Assembly (NCBI GenBank): GCA_965140705.1
Contig: OZ223301.1
Location: forward strand, 32,001 to 96,000
DNA length: 64,000 bases
Direction of reading: 5' to 3'
From: an uncultured Arcobacter sp.
GTDB taxonomy: Bacteria > Campylobacterota > Campylobacteria > Campylobacterales > Arcobacteraceae
This document shows, one piece after another, positions 19,936 to 30,503 of this stretch. The notes beneath the pieces are model-generated. The model was not told the DNA's origin, ran no database searches, and worked only from the letters and a program-made list of their open reading frames with translations. The stretch's first letter is position 1. Each line of letters starts with the position of its first letter. Both the position numbers and the translations under genes were made by a program.

Positions 19936-20684
19936 TGGAAGCATTATTATCTTTACTTAATGAAAGCACGGTAATAAATTTTTTATTACTCTTTGCTAGA
20001 ATTTTAGCATTTATGGCATTTATGCCAATATTTGGACATAAAGTTGTAAATGTTAGAATGAGAGCAGCCTTGTCTTTTTATGTAACACTTTTTTTATTTC
20101 CTATGCTTCAAATTGAATCCCAAGTTACTTCAAGTGGATTTTTAATTGCTATACTTTCAGAAGCAACTTTGGGCCTAATTGCCTCTATGCTTGTAAATAT
20201 TATATTTAATGCTGTAAAAATGATTGGTGAGTTTGTTGGTTATGCAACAGCTCTTTCAATGGCTAGTTTTTTTGACCCAGCTTCTGGTACGAATGAAGGT
20301 ATTCTTGCAAGATTGATGTTTTATATTGGTCTTGCAGTATTTTTTGAATCAGGAATGTATGAAATGACTTTTTCCATTTTGGCAAAAAGTTTTACAATAG
20401 TTCACTTAGGTGCATTTGATATTTATTCATATGATGGAATAAAATTACTTATTGATGAGATTAATAGGATGTTTGCTTTTACTTTTGCTTTTGCTTTCCC
20501 ACTATTTTTTATTGGCTTTGTAATTGATATTTATTATGCTTATGGTACAAAATCTATGCCAGCATTTTCACCTTTTGTTATTACTTTTCAGTTAAAATTT
20601 GCTTTAATTATGATATTTATTATGATGGGAATGGAAGTATTCACTGAAGCTTTTACCAATTATTTTATTACAAAATTTCAATAG
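19935..20684 (+). CDS. fliR: Flagellar export protein FliR
   Basis: FLLLFARILAFMAFMPIFG, LSMASFFDP, multiple TMs; precedes flhB. Confidence 0.92.
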   Translation: MEALLSLLNESTVINFLLLFARILAFMAFMPIFGHKVVNVRMRAALSFYVTLFLFPMLQIESQVTSSGFLIAILSEATLGLIASMLVNIIFNAVKMIGEFVGYATALSMASFFDPASGTNEGILARLMFYIGLAVFFESGMYEMTFSILAKSFTIVHLGAFDIYSYDGIKLLIDEINRMFAFTFAFAFPLFFIGFVIDIYYAYGTKSMPAFSPFVITFQLKFALIMIFIMMGMEVFTEAFTNYFITKFQ

Positions 20685-20696
20685 GGAGGGTATATT

Positions 20697-21749
20697 ATGG
20701 CTGATGATACAGATAAAACCGAAGAACCCACCGCCAAGAAATTAGAAAAAGCTAGAGGTGAAGGAAATGTTCCTAAATCTGGTGAAGTGGTAGGTGCCGC
20801 TATACTTTTATTTGGGACTGTGTATATGCTTTTTTGGAGTACATATACTTATGATTCCATAAAAAAACTTATGATTTTTATTTTTAATAAAATTGGGCAA
20901 GAGTTAACTTCCACAGATTATTATAATATGACAAATGCAATTATTACAACAATATTTTATTCTTTAGCTCCATTTTTTTTAGTGGTTATTCTATTGGCTA
21001 TTATTTTAAATGTAGTTCAATTTGGATTTTTAACTAATCCAATAAAGTTAAAATTTGAGAAATTAAATCCAGTATCCGGAATTAAAGGACTATTCTCTTT
21101 AAAAAAACTGTTAGAAGCTGTAAAGTTATTGGCAAAATTGACCTTAATAGTTTTTGTTATGACTATTTTGTTTGGGCTTACTTACAAAGGCTTTTTAGCA
21201 ATGATGGATAAGGACATTACTTCTTCTTTAGATGCAATGTTTACTCTTTTATTATATTTTGTTGGAGCTATATTATTTATAGTAATATTATTTGCTATAA
21301 TAGATTATTTTTTTACTAGACATTACTATTTTAAGTCACTTAAAATGAGTAAAGAAGAAGTGAAAGATGAACATAAAAATATGGAAGGGGATCCTAAAGT
21401 AAAAGCTAAGATAAAAGGTATTCAGTACAAATTACACTATGAAAGAATGAGAGCAAGTGCAAAGGATGCAGATGTTGTTATTACAAATCCTACGCATTAT
21501 TCTGTTGGTTTACAATATGATAGTTCAGTAAACTCTGCTCCAAAAGTTGTAGCTAAAGGGGTTGATTTCTTAGCTTTAAAAATAAGAGATGTTGCGAAGG
21601 AAAATAAGATTCCTATTATTGAAAATCCTTCTTTGGCAAGGGCTTTATACGATCAAATTGAAATTGATCAAGAGATACCTGGAGAATTTTATCAAGCTAT
21701 GGCTGAAGTATTTTCTTATGTATATGAATTAAATAAAAATAAAAGGTAA
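20697..21749 (+). CDS. flhB: Flagellar export protein FlhB
   Basis: DKTEEPTAKK, EGDPKVK and the TNPTH autocleavage motif. Confidence 0.97.
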   Translation: MADDTDKTEEPTAKKLEKARGEGNVPKSGEVVGAAILLFGTVYMLFWSTYTYDSIKKLMIFIFNKIGQELTSTDYYNMTNAIITTIFYSLAPFFLVVILLAIILNVVQFGFLTNPIKLKFEKLNPVSGIKGLFSLKKLLEAVKLLAKLTLIVFVMTILFGLTYKGFLAMMDKDITSSLDAMFTLLLYFVGAILFIVILFAIIDYFFTRHYYFKSLKMSKEEVKDEHKNMEGDPKVKAKIKGIQYKLHYERMRASAKDADVVITNPTHYSVGLQYDSSVNSAPKVVAKGVDFLALKIRDVAKENKIPIIENPSLARALYDQIEIDQEIPGEFYQAMAEVFSYVYELNKNKR

Positions 21750-21752
21750 GTT

Positions 21753-23747
21753 TTGAGATTTTTAATAATACTGTTTTTACTATTTACTTTTTCAAGTGCT
21801 AAAGTAGATTTTTATTATAGTTTTATAGACCCATCAGGAACACAGATTTCAGAAAAAAGAAAAAATGACATCAAAGATGGATTTGAATTACTTCAACAAG
21901 TAAAAAATTTAGCTAAAAATGGAAAAGTTGATGAAGCTTTTGCTGAAATAGAGAGTTTTAAAGCAACAAATAAAATTGATATATTAAATTCAGATATCTT
22001 ACTTACTTATTCAGAAATTGCACTTAAAAAAGCTAGTAAGAGAATTATTTCTGAAGCTTCAAATGAATTAGAATTAGCTATAAATACAAGTCAAATCAAT
22101 GAAGAAGATTTAGCAAAAGCGTATATGTTAATGGTTGATTTTAAATTGGAAACAAATAGAGTAAAAGAAGCAAAATATTTTGCTGAAATTATTATTAATA
22201 ACTTCTCAGATAAGATTACAAATGCTTATGGACAAATTTATTTAGCTAAAGTATATAAGTATACAAAATCTTATTCTAAAGCCATTAAAACCCTATATAA
22301 TATTTTAGTAAATACAACTGATGTTTTAGTAGCTACTATTGTTGCTGATGAATTATTTGATATTTATATTTTAGATGGACAAAAGGAAAAAGCATATGAA
22401 CTTATATCAAAAGTTTTAGATAAAAACATTGATTATTATTCAGAAGATTCATATGTTGCTCTAAGAAAGGTTGATAAACTTGTTGATGCAAATATGCCAG
22501 AATTTGCAGTTGAAATTTTAAAAGAGCTTTTAAATAGGGCAAAACAATCGGAATTTATAGAAGAATTTAAGTTCAAATTAGCAAATGTTTATATGGAAAT
22601 GTATGATGGAACAAACTATTATTTGTACAAAGCAAAAGAGTTGTATAAAGATATTTTGACTGATTATCCAAATGGGTTATATGCAAATGATGCAAAAATG
22701 TATATTGATGAGATATTAATGAGAGAGGGGAATATTACACCTCAATTAATTGTTTCAAAGTACCCAAATTCAGAAGCTATGAAACAAAAAGCACTGCTTC
22801 AAGAGTTGTTAAATTTTAAAAAAGAAAAAAAATATGAATTTATTTTAAAATCTAAAAGAGTTTATGGCAAAATTGCTGATTCAATTGCAAAGAGATTTGC
22901 ATATAAAAATGTCGGTGAAATTTTTGATGAAGTTAATGTTGATTTGATCAAACAATATTTAAAAAATGATCAGTGTTCTTTAATGAATAAGGCCCTTAGA
23001 ACTTCTAGAAAAGAGACATTAGAACTTTTAATAAAAGATGAAAAAGTAAAGTATAATTTTTTTGAATGTTTAATTGAAGTACCTTATGAAAGAGCTTATG
23101 AGATGTTAAAAGAGACTTTTAATACAAGTCGTGATGCTACATTATATTTATACCTAGAAAGAATGGCATATTCTTTAGGGCTAGAAGATGATGCTATGGA
23201 TTTTTCTTCAAAAGTTGAAATGGTAAATAATAAAAAAGTTTTAGCAAAAGAATTTCTTTATAGATTTTTAGTTTACAGTGCAAAAAAAGATTCAATAGTT
23301 ATGGAGAAATTTTTCTACTATGCAACTAGGTTTCCTGAGTTTATAACAGAAAATGATAATAATCCTCTTATAATAGATTTTTATTATCAATATTATTTAT
23401 ATCTAATTGGAAAAGATAAACAAGATGAAGCTGAAAAAATTTTAAACAAGCTTTATTTAAAGCAAAAAGAGTTTGATGCTTATGTCTATTCTCCTTTTGT
23501 TGATATTGAATTAGCAATGATAGAAAAAAGAAAAAATAATATACCTAGGGCAATAGAATATTTAACTGATTCTATTAAAAATACAAGAAATATGAAACCA
23601 AATGACCAAGCAAGAGTTGATTATGAATTGATAAGGCTATATGATACTGAAGGCTTAAGTGCTTTGAAAAACGAATTTATAACAAAATGTAAAGATATTA
23701 AAAATACAAAAGATTCTTTATATAAAACCATGTGCGATAAGATGTAA
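21753..23747 (+). CDS. Exported TPR-like helical protein, probable flagellar motor accessory (PflA-like)
   Basis: Signal peptide MRFLIILFLLFTFSSA; helical repeats; embedded between flhB and fliI. Confidence 0.65.
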   Translation: MRFLIILFLLFTFSSAKVDFYYSFIDPSGTQISEKRKNDIKDGFELLQQVKNLAKNGKVDEAFAEIESFKATNKIDILNSDILLTYSEIALKKASKRIISEASNELELAINTSQINEEDLAKAYMLMVDFKLETNRVKEAKYFAEIIINNFSDKITNAYGQIYLAKVYKYTKSYSKAIKTLYNILVNTTDVLVATIVADELFDIYILDGQKEKAYELISKVLDKNIDYYSEDSYVALRKVDKLVDANMPEFAVEILKELLNRAKQSEFIEEFKFKLANVYMEMYDGTNYYLYKAKELYKDILTDYPNGLYANDAKMYIDEILMREGNITPQLIVSKYPNSEAMKQKALLQELLNFKKEKKYEFILKSKRVYGKIADSIAKRFAYKNVGEIFDEVNVDLIKQYLKNDQCSLMNKALRTSRKETLELLIKDEKVKYNFFECLIEVPYERAYEMLKETFNTSRDATLYLYLERMAYSLGLEDDAMDFSSKVEMVNNKKVLAKEFLYRFLVYSAKKDSIVMEKFFYYATRFPEFITENDNNPLIIDFYYQYYLYLIGKDKQDEAEKILNKLYLKQKEFDAYVYSPFVDIELAMIEKRKNNIPRAIEYLTDSIKNTRNMKPNDQARVDYELIRLYDTEGLSALKNEFITKCKDIKNTKDSLYKTMCDKM

Positions 23748-23748
23748 A

Positions 23749-25056
23749 ATGACAGATTTAGATAAGTTTATAGATAATATTGATAAAAATAATTTAATAA
23801 TTCCTTTTGGAAGAATTACTCACATAAGTTCAACTACAATAAAAGCAGTAGGAATAGAAGTTGCTGTTGGAGATATTGTAAAAATAGAGTCTGAACAGCA
23901 CTTATATACTGTTTTAGGTATGACTGCTTCTGTTGAAAGTGATGGATTTAAAATTGTTCCATTTTCTTTTATTGAAGGTTTTAGAATTAATGATAAAGTT
24001 TTTTTACAAAAAGATGGACTGACCGTAAAAAGTGGTTATGGACTATTAGGAAGAGTTGTAAATGCTTTGGGTGAGCCTATTGATAAAAAAGGGAAAGTAA
24101 AGGATTTAGAACAAAATTCTGCAATAAATAAATTATCAATTCCTGCTTTAGAAAGGGGAATTATTGATGAAAGATTTTCAACAGGAGTTAAAGCAATAGA
24201 TTCCATGCTTACCTCTGGAAAAGGGCAAAAAGTAGGAATTTTTGCAGGAAGTGGTGTTGGTAAGTCTACTTTGATGGGAATGATTGTAAAAGGGTGTGAA
24301 GCACAAATAAAAGTTGTAGCACTAATAGGTGAGAGGGGAAGAGAAATTCCTGAGTTTATTCACTACAATTTAAATAATAATTTAGAAAACACAATAATTG
24401 TTACTGCTACTTCAGATGAATCAGCTCTTATGAGAAAATATGGTGCTTTTACAGCTATGGCTATTGCTGAGTTTTTTAGAGACAAAGGGCATGATGTTTT
24501 ATTAATGATGGATTCAGTTACAAGGTTTGCAATGGCTCAAAGGGAAATAGGGCTTAGTATTGGTGAACCACCTGTTAGTAGGGGATATCCACCTTCTGTT
24601 TTTGCACTTTTACCCCAATTGATGGAGAGAGCTGGAAATACAGAACGTGGTTCTATAACTGCATTTTTTACAGTATTAGTTGATGGTGATGATATGAATG
24701 ATCCAATTGCAGATCAAAGTAGATCAATCCTTGATGGGCATATAGTTTTAACAAGAGAATTAACTGAACAAGGTCAATATCCACCTATAGATTTGCTAAA
24801 ATCTGCATCAAGGGTAATGGATAAAGTAGTTAGTCCTGAACATTATAATGGATTTTTAAAGTTAAAAAGAGTATTATCACTAATAAAAGAGAACGAGATA
24901 TTAATTCGCGTTGGTGCTTATAAGCAAGGTATGGATAAAGAATTGGATGATGCTTTAGCAAAAAAAGAGAGTGTTAAGAACTTTCTTTTTCAAGGAACAT
25001 CTGAAAAATATGACTTTAACCAGATTTTTAACCAATTTATGGAGGTGATTAAATGA
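23749..25056 (+). CDS. fliI: Flagellar export ATPase FliI
   Basis: GIFAGSGVGKSTL, LIGERGRE, MDSVTRFAMAQREIGL, GYPPS. Confidence 0.97.
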   Translation: MTDLDKFIDNIDKNNLIIPFGRITHISSTTIKAVGIEVAVGDIVKIESEQHLYTVLGMTASVESDGFKIVPFSFIEGFRINDKVFLQKDGLTVKSGYGLLGRVVNALGEPIDKKGKVKDLEQNSAINKLSIPALERGIIDERFSTGVKAIDSMLTSGKGQKVGIFAGSGVGKSTLMGMIVKGCEAQIKVVALIGERGREIPEFIHYNLNNNLENTIIVTATSDESALMRKYGAFTAMAIAEFFRDKGHDVLLMMDSVTRFAMAQREIGLSIGEPPVSRGYPPSVFALLPQLMERAGNTERGSITAFFTVLVDGDDMNDPIADQSRSILDGHIVLTRELTEQGQYPPIDLLKSASRVMDKVVSPEHYNGFLKLKRVLSLIKENEILIRVGAYKQGMDKELDDALAKKESVKNFLFQGTSEKYDFNQIFNQFMEVIK

Positions 25057-26171
25057 TTAATACAGACAGATCAACCCTATATAGATTAGATATATTGAAT
25101 GAACAACAACAAAGAATCACTTATCAACAAAGTACAAAGAAAAAGATTGATGATGGAAGTGATGATTCTGTTGTTTATTCTCAACAACTATTCTTAGAAG
25201 ATAAGCTTAATGTTTATGATGGATTAAAGACTCAGATACAAAATACTACAGCACAAAATGATGTATCAGATTCAACACTTGCTAATATAAAAAAATTATT
25301 AGATACTATTAAACAAGAGATTGTAAAAGGTAGAAATGATACAAATGATGACATTTCAAGAAAATCTATTGCAACACAAATTGAAGGTGCAAAAGAGAAC
25401 TTGTATACGTTAGTTAATGAAAGAGTTCAAGATGAATATATATTCTCTGGTTCTGAAACTAATGAGCAAGCTTTTACTCAAGATGCAAATGGGAAAGTAA
25501 CATATAATGGTAATACAACTTTAAGAAAAAGTGCAGTAGAAGTGAATTCTTATAGAGAAAGAGGTGTTACAGGATTAGACATTATGTCATATAAAACAAC
25601 TGCTGGAGTTTCTGGTCAGCCTTTAAGTTTTAAAGAGGGTGAAAGAATAATTGATGAGAATGGAAGAGAATGGAAATTAAATGCTGCACAAACTGTTCTT
25701 GTAGAGTATGATGAAGATGGTAAATCAACTAAAAATTTTATTGAAGTAAAAACAACAGGAGAATCACCTAATAAAGTACATGAAATAGCTAGTCTACCTA
25801 CAAATGAAGATGGTAGTGAAAAAACTTTTACTGCAAAACATAATACGTTTGATGCCATAGATGATGCTATTAAAGCTTTAAAAAATAATGATGGTGATGC
25901 AATGTCCACTGCTCTTGAAAGTTTAAATAATGCCTGGAATGCTGCAAATACAGCACATGGAGAGCTGGGTGCAAGAAATGCAACATTTGAAGCAGCAGAG
26001 GAAAGAATTACCACAAAAACGACTCATTTTGATGTTTTAGCAATCCAAAATAATGATGCAGATCTGACTAAAGTAGCGATTGAGTCACAACAGTTGCAGT
26101 TAATTTATACGTCACTTTATTCAAGTATTAGCAAGGCAAGCAAATTATCATTAGTTAACTATTTAAGTTAA
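25053..26171 (+). CDS. flgL: Hook-associated protein FlgL
   Basis: Flagellin-like N- and C-termini (KKIDDGSDD, EYIFSG, GELGARN, SKLSLVNYL). Confidence 0.85.
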   Translation: MINTDRSTLYRLDILNEQQQRITYQQSTKKKIDDGSDDSVVYSQQLFLEDKLNVYDGLKTQIQNTTAQNDVSDSTLANIKKLLDTIKQEIVKGRNDTNDDISRKSIATQIEGAKENLYTLVNERVQDEYIFSGSETNEQAFTQDANGKVTYNGNTTLRKSAVEVNSYRERGVTGLDIMSYKTTAGVSGQPLSFKEGERIIDENGREWKLNAAQTVLVEYDEDGKSTKNFIEVKTTGESPNKVHEIASLPTNEDGSEKTFTAKHNTFDAIDDAIKALKNNDGDAMSTALESLNNAWNAANTAHGELGARNATFEAAEERITTKTTHFDVLAIQNNDADLTKVAIESQQLQLIYTSLYSSISKASKLSLVNYLS

Positions 26172-26186
26172 TAAAATTTTTAATAT

Positions 26187-28298
26187 ATGAACATAAGAAA
26201 GATATTTTCAAAAGATTTATTTGCAGTAATATTTTTTGTTGCAATATTGTCTATTATAATTATTCCTTTACCGAAATTTATATTAGACTTCTTTTTGATT
26301 TTATCTTTGTCAATTTCATTATTGATTTTACTTATTGGCTTATATATTCAAAAACCTACAGATTTAACAACATTCCCTACACTTATTTTAATATTTGCAC
26401 TGTTTAGACTATCACTAAATATCGCAACAACTAGATCAATTTTAACAGATGGACATAATGGTCCTGAGGCTGTTAGTTCTATTATCTCTGCTTTTGGGAA
26501 CTTTGTTGTTGGTGGTAATATGGTAATTGGTGTTGTTGTATTTATTATTCTAGTGCTTATTAATTTTATGGTTGTTACAAAGGGCTCTACAAGGGTTGCA
26601 GAAGTAACAGCTAGATTTACACTTGATTCTATGCCTGGTAAACAAATGGCAATTGATGCTGATTTAAATGCTGGATTTATTGATGATAAAGAAGCAACAG
26701 AAAGAAGACATGAACTAATTGCAGAAGCAAACTTTTATGGAGCAATGGATGGGTCTTCAAAGTTCGTCCAAGGTGATGCAACAGCTGGTATAATTATCAC
26801 TATTGTAAATATTATTGGTGGACTTTTAATTGGTGTATTCCAACATGATTTAACTATTGCAGAAAGTGCAAAGATTTTTACAATTTTAACTATTGGTGAT
26901 GGTTTAGTTGCACAAATTCCAGCTCTGATTTTATCAACTGCAACTGGTATTATTATCACACGATCTAATCTTGATAAAGACAATTTTGCGGATCAAGCAA
27001 TTAGTCAACTTGTAAGTGATTCAAAAGTTTTAATTTTACTTGGGATTACTTTAGTTTTATTTTCTATGATTCCTGGTTTCCCATCAGGAATATTAATTGT
27101 AATGGGATTATTGTTAGGTGGTACGGGATATATTATTTATATGATTGATTCAGGTGGCGAAAATAGATTTACAAGATTTTTCTCTAAAAAAGAAGAAGTT
27201 GCCGAACAAGATATTTTAGAAAAAATTAAAGAACAAAAAGAAAAAGCTGCTAAACCAGAAAGTGATAAAGAGACTATTGATAATATCATGAAAATGGAAG
27301 TTTTAGAGTTAAAACTTGGTATGAGACTTTTACAACTTGTCCAAGGTAATTCCGATTTATTAGATAAAATTAGAGGTATTAGAAAAACTGTTGCTGCTGA
27401 TTTAGGATTTATTATTCCTCAAATAAAGATTTCCGATGATGCAACTTTAAATTCAAATCAATACTCTTTATATTTAAAAAGAATCCCTCTTGCTGTTGCA
27501 AGTGTAGAAGTTGATAGACTTCTTGCTATGGGAGGAACTTCTAAATCGCAATTAGAAGGGAAAAAGGTAAAAGAACCTGTTTTTGGCCTCGATGCAACAT
27601 GGATAAATCCAGATTTAAAAGATGATGCACTATTAAAGGGATTTACTGTTGTTGATGCACCAACTATTATATCTACTCATATTTCCGAAATAATAAAAAG
27701 ACATGCAGAAGATATTCTTACTAGACAAGATATTGTTGATATAGTTGATGGCTTGAAAAAAGACTTCCCAATAGTTGTAGATGAAGCTATGAAATTAACT
27801 TCACATGGAACATTATTGAAAGTTGCAAAAGATCTTTTACATGAGGGAATACCAATAGTAGATATGTTAACAATTATTGAAGCAGTAGCTGATATAGCAG
27901 AGTATACTAAAGTTCCTGATGTACTTTTAGAGCATGTAAGAAGTAAATTATATAGACTTATTACTAATAGATATTTAGATACTGATAATATTTTACATAT
28001 TATTACTATCAAACCAGAACTTGAACAAAGCTTTATTGGTAAGCTTCAAGACAAGGGTGGAGCATCACAATTATTGTTATCAATTGGTGAGATTAATGAT
28101 TTAGTTACTCATACAAAAGAGTTAGTTAAAAATGTAGAAGCAAAAGGTTATACAAAAATTGCTATGGTTGTAGATCCAGTGTTGAGAAAAAGAGTTTCTG
28201 AAATTTATGAAAAATTTGGTTTAGATATTGCTGTATTAAGTCATGCAGAACTTGATTCTAAAGCTAATTTTTCAATTGAAGGTACAGTAGAGTTTTAA
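26187..28298 (+). CDS. flhA: Flagellar export gate protein FlhA
   Basis: RVAEVTARFTLDSMPGKQMAIDADL, FYGAMDGSSKFV, LTIGDGLVAQIPAL. Confidence 0.98.
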   Translation: MNIRKIFSKDLFAVIFFVAILSIIIIPLPKFILDFFLILSLSISLLILLIGLYIQKPTDLTTFPTLILIFALFRLSLNIATTRSILTDGHNGPEAVSSIISAFGNFVVGGNMVIGVVVFIILVLINFMVVTKGSTRVAEVTARFTLDSMPGKQMAIDADLNAGFIDDKEATERRHELIAEANFYGAMDGSSKFVQGDATAGIIITIVNIIGGLLIGVFQHDLTIAESAKIFTILTIGDGLVAQIPALILSTATGIIITRSNLDKDNFADQAISQLVSDSKVLILLGITLVLFSMIPGFPSGILIVMGLLLGGTGYIIYMIDSGGENRFTRFFSKKEEVAEQDILEKIKEQKEKAAKPESDKETIDNIMKMEVLELKLGMRLLQLVQGNSDLLDKIRGIRKTVAADLGFIIPQIKISDDATLNSNQYSLYLKRIPLAVASVEVDRLLAMGGTSKSQLEGKKVKEPVFGLDATWINPDLKDDALLKGFTVVDAPTIISTHISEIIKRHAEDILTRQDIVDIVDGLKKDFPIVVDEAMKLTSHGTLLKVAKDLLHEGIPIVDMLTIIEAVADIAEYTKVPDVLLEHVRSKLYRLITNRYLDTDNILHIITIKPELEQSFIGKLQDKGGASQLLLSIGEINDLVTHTKELVKNVEAKGYTKIAMVVDPVLRKRVSEIYEKFGLDIAVLSHAELDSKANFSIEGTVEF

Positions 28299-28300
28299 TC

Positions 28301-29776
28301 ATGAATTTATTTTTTAAGTTTTTTATAGTAATAGTTTTTGCATCTTTTCTTTATGGAGATGTTGTTGTAAAATCAAGTGATAATTTTGTTTTAAATGAAA
28401 ATTATGTTTTTGAAATAGAAGCAGATGGTACAGATGTTGAGTTTCCTAAAATAGACAAGATAGATAATTACATAGTTTCAAATTTAGGAACTAGTAGAAC
28501 AATGACAAGTATTAATGGCAATGTTGTAAATAAGATAAAAAAGACTTATGCAATAAAACCAACAAAAGAGTTCACCCTACCATCTTTTGAGATAAAAGTT
28601 GATGGAAAAACTTTTAAGACAAAGGAAAAACTTGTAAAAGAAGTTATTCCTAGTAAAACAAAATCAAAAAACTTTGATTTTAAAATTTCATTAAATAAAA
28701 CTACTTTATATACTGGTGAAGATGCGATTTTAAATATGAAATTTAAATATAAAAAAGATTTACAAATAGCAGATTTAGGTTTTAACATGCCTGTATTTAA
28801 TGATATTTGGAGTAAGAAAATTAATGAAAAAAATAAAAGTTATGAAGAGAATGGTTTTATTGTTCAAGAATTAAACTTTTTAATTTCTCCACAAAAAGCT
28901 GGTCACTTAAGAATAGACCCTATAAAAATAGAAGCAAAAGTAATTGATGAAAATGCTTTTAGTTATTCTTTATTTTCACAAGCTGCAAAATTAGAAAAAA
29001 TCTATTCTAACTCTCTTACTTTAGATGTAAAACCACTACCTAAAGGTGTTAATTTAGTGGGTGATTTTTCTATAAAAACTTCTGTATCTAAAAATGAAAT
29101 AAAGGCAGGAGATTCTTTATCTTTTAAAGTAGAAATTGATGGAACTGGAAATATTGATGATATGGATGATATTAAATTGAATATCAAAGATGCAACAATA
29201 TTTGATGATAAACCAAAAATTCAAACAAAAATTGTAAATGATAAATACGTAGGTTCATATAAAAAGTCTTTTTCAATAATTGCAAATAAAGATTTTGAAA
29301 TACCCCAAATACAACTTAAATATTTTGATAAAAATACTCAAAAAGTAGTTGTTAAAAGTTCTCCAACTTATAAAATAAAAGTTAAAAATATTAAAAGTCA
29401 AAAGAGCTTTTCAGGATTAGAAAAGGCTCAACCTAAGGAGCAAGTGGAAGTAGTAAAGGAAAAAATAGTTTATAAAACATCTTTAAATAAAATGATATTA
29501 TCATTTATATTAGGTGTCTTTTTGACTATTATAGCTTTTTCTATTTATTTTTATATTAAATCTAAGAGGGCTTTAAAACATAAAGATGATTTGTCACTTT
29601 TAAAATTAGTAAAAAAATCTAAAAATGAAAATGAAATGATAAAGATACTTCTTCCATATATTGGATATAATAAAAATCTTGATGAAATAATTTTTAAACT
29701 TGAGAAAGATAAATCAATAGATTTTAAAAGTGTTAAAAATGAGATTATTAAAATATTAAAAATTTTAGATTTGTAA
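28301..29776 (+). CDS. BatD-family exported protein
   Basis: Signal peptide, repeated Ig-like modules (GTSRTMTSING, LDVKPLP, VGDFSI, IDGTGNI), C-terminal TM. Confidence 0.75.
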   Translation: MNLFFKFFIVIVFASFLYGDVVVKSSDNFVLNENYVFEIEADGTDVEFPKIDKIDNYIVSNLGTSRTMTSINGNVVNKIKKTYAIKPTKEFTLPSFEIKVDGKTFKTKEKLVKEVIPSKTKSKNFDFKISLNKTTLYTGEDAILNMKFKYKKDLQIADLGFNMPVFNDIWSKKINEKNKSYEENGFIVQELNFLISPQKAGHLRIDPIKIEAKVIDENAFSYSLFSQAAKLEKIYSNSLTLDVKPLPKGVNLVGDFSIKTSVSKNEIKAGDSLSFKVEIDGTGNIDDMDDIKLNIKDATIFDDKPKIQTKIVNDKYVGSYKKSFSIIANKDFEIPQIQLKYFDKNTQKVVVKSSPTYKIKVKNIKSQKSFSGLEKAQPKEQVEVVKEKIVYKTSLNKMILSFILGVFLTIIAFSIYFYIKSKRALKHKDDLSLLKLVKKSKNENEMIKILLPYIGYNKNLDEIIFKLEKDKSIDFKSVKNEIIKILKILDL

Positions 29777-29786
29777 AAGGATATTT

Positions 29787-30497
29787 ATGAAAATTGTTGC
29801 TGTTTTTCTTCTAAGTGCAAGTTTATTATTTGCAATGGAGTATTACTCAAAACTAGAGCCCTATGATAGTTTTGTGATAAAATCTTCAGTAAGTGGAAAA
29901 GTACTTTTTTCAAATGAAGAAGTAGAGGGAAAATATATAAATAAAAAAACAAAAATAATAGAAATAGATAATAATGTAGATAAAATTGATCTTGCTCAAA
30001 CGAAAAATAAATTAAAAGTTTTAGATTCTATGTTAGCTATTCAACAAAAAAATTATAATAGATTATATAAAATATCTTCAAAATCTGCTTTTGAAAAAGA
30101 TAATCAAAAAATTCAAGTTTTAAATTTAGAATCAACAAAAAGTGACTTAATAATAAATATAGCTAAGCTTGAAGATACTATTAAAAATAAAGTTTTATGG
30201 GAAGATAAGACTTATATTTATAATATAAATGTAAAAAAAGGAGATTATGTAACTCCTGGAACCTTATTATATGAATCAAAAGATCTTAGTAAAGGTAAGC
30301 TAGAAATTTATATTCCTATTTCTGATTATGATTCAATTTCCAATAAAACAATATATATTGATGGTAAAAAAAGTGATTTAAAAGTTGACAAGATTTATAA
30401 AGTAGCTGATAGTAAACATATCTCTTCATATAAAGTAGAAATAATAGTGCCTAATCCAAAAACTTTTTCTAGACTTGTTAAAATAGAATTTAAATAA
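29787..30497 (+). CDS. Membrane-fusion (HlyD-like) periplasmic adaptor
   Basis: Signal peptide, IKSSVSGKV lipoyl half, coiled coil, INVKKGDYVTPGTLL. Confidence 0.7.
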   Translation: MKIVAVFLLSASLLFAMEYYSKLEPYDSFVIKSSVSGKVLFSNEEVEGKYINKKTKIIEIDNNVDKIDLAQTKNKLKVLDSMLAIQQKNYNRLYKISSKSAFEKDNQKIQVLNLESTKSDLIINIAKLEDTIKNKVLWEDKTYIYNINVKKGDYVTPGTLLYESKDLSKGKLEIYIPISDYDSISNKTIYIDGKKSDLKVDKIYKVADSKHISSYKVEIIVPNPKTFSRLVKIEFK

Positions 30498-30503
30498 AAT
30501 AAC

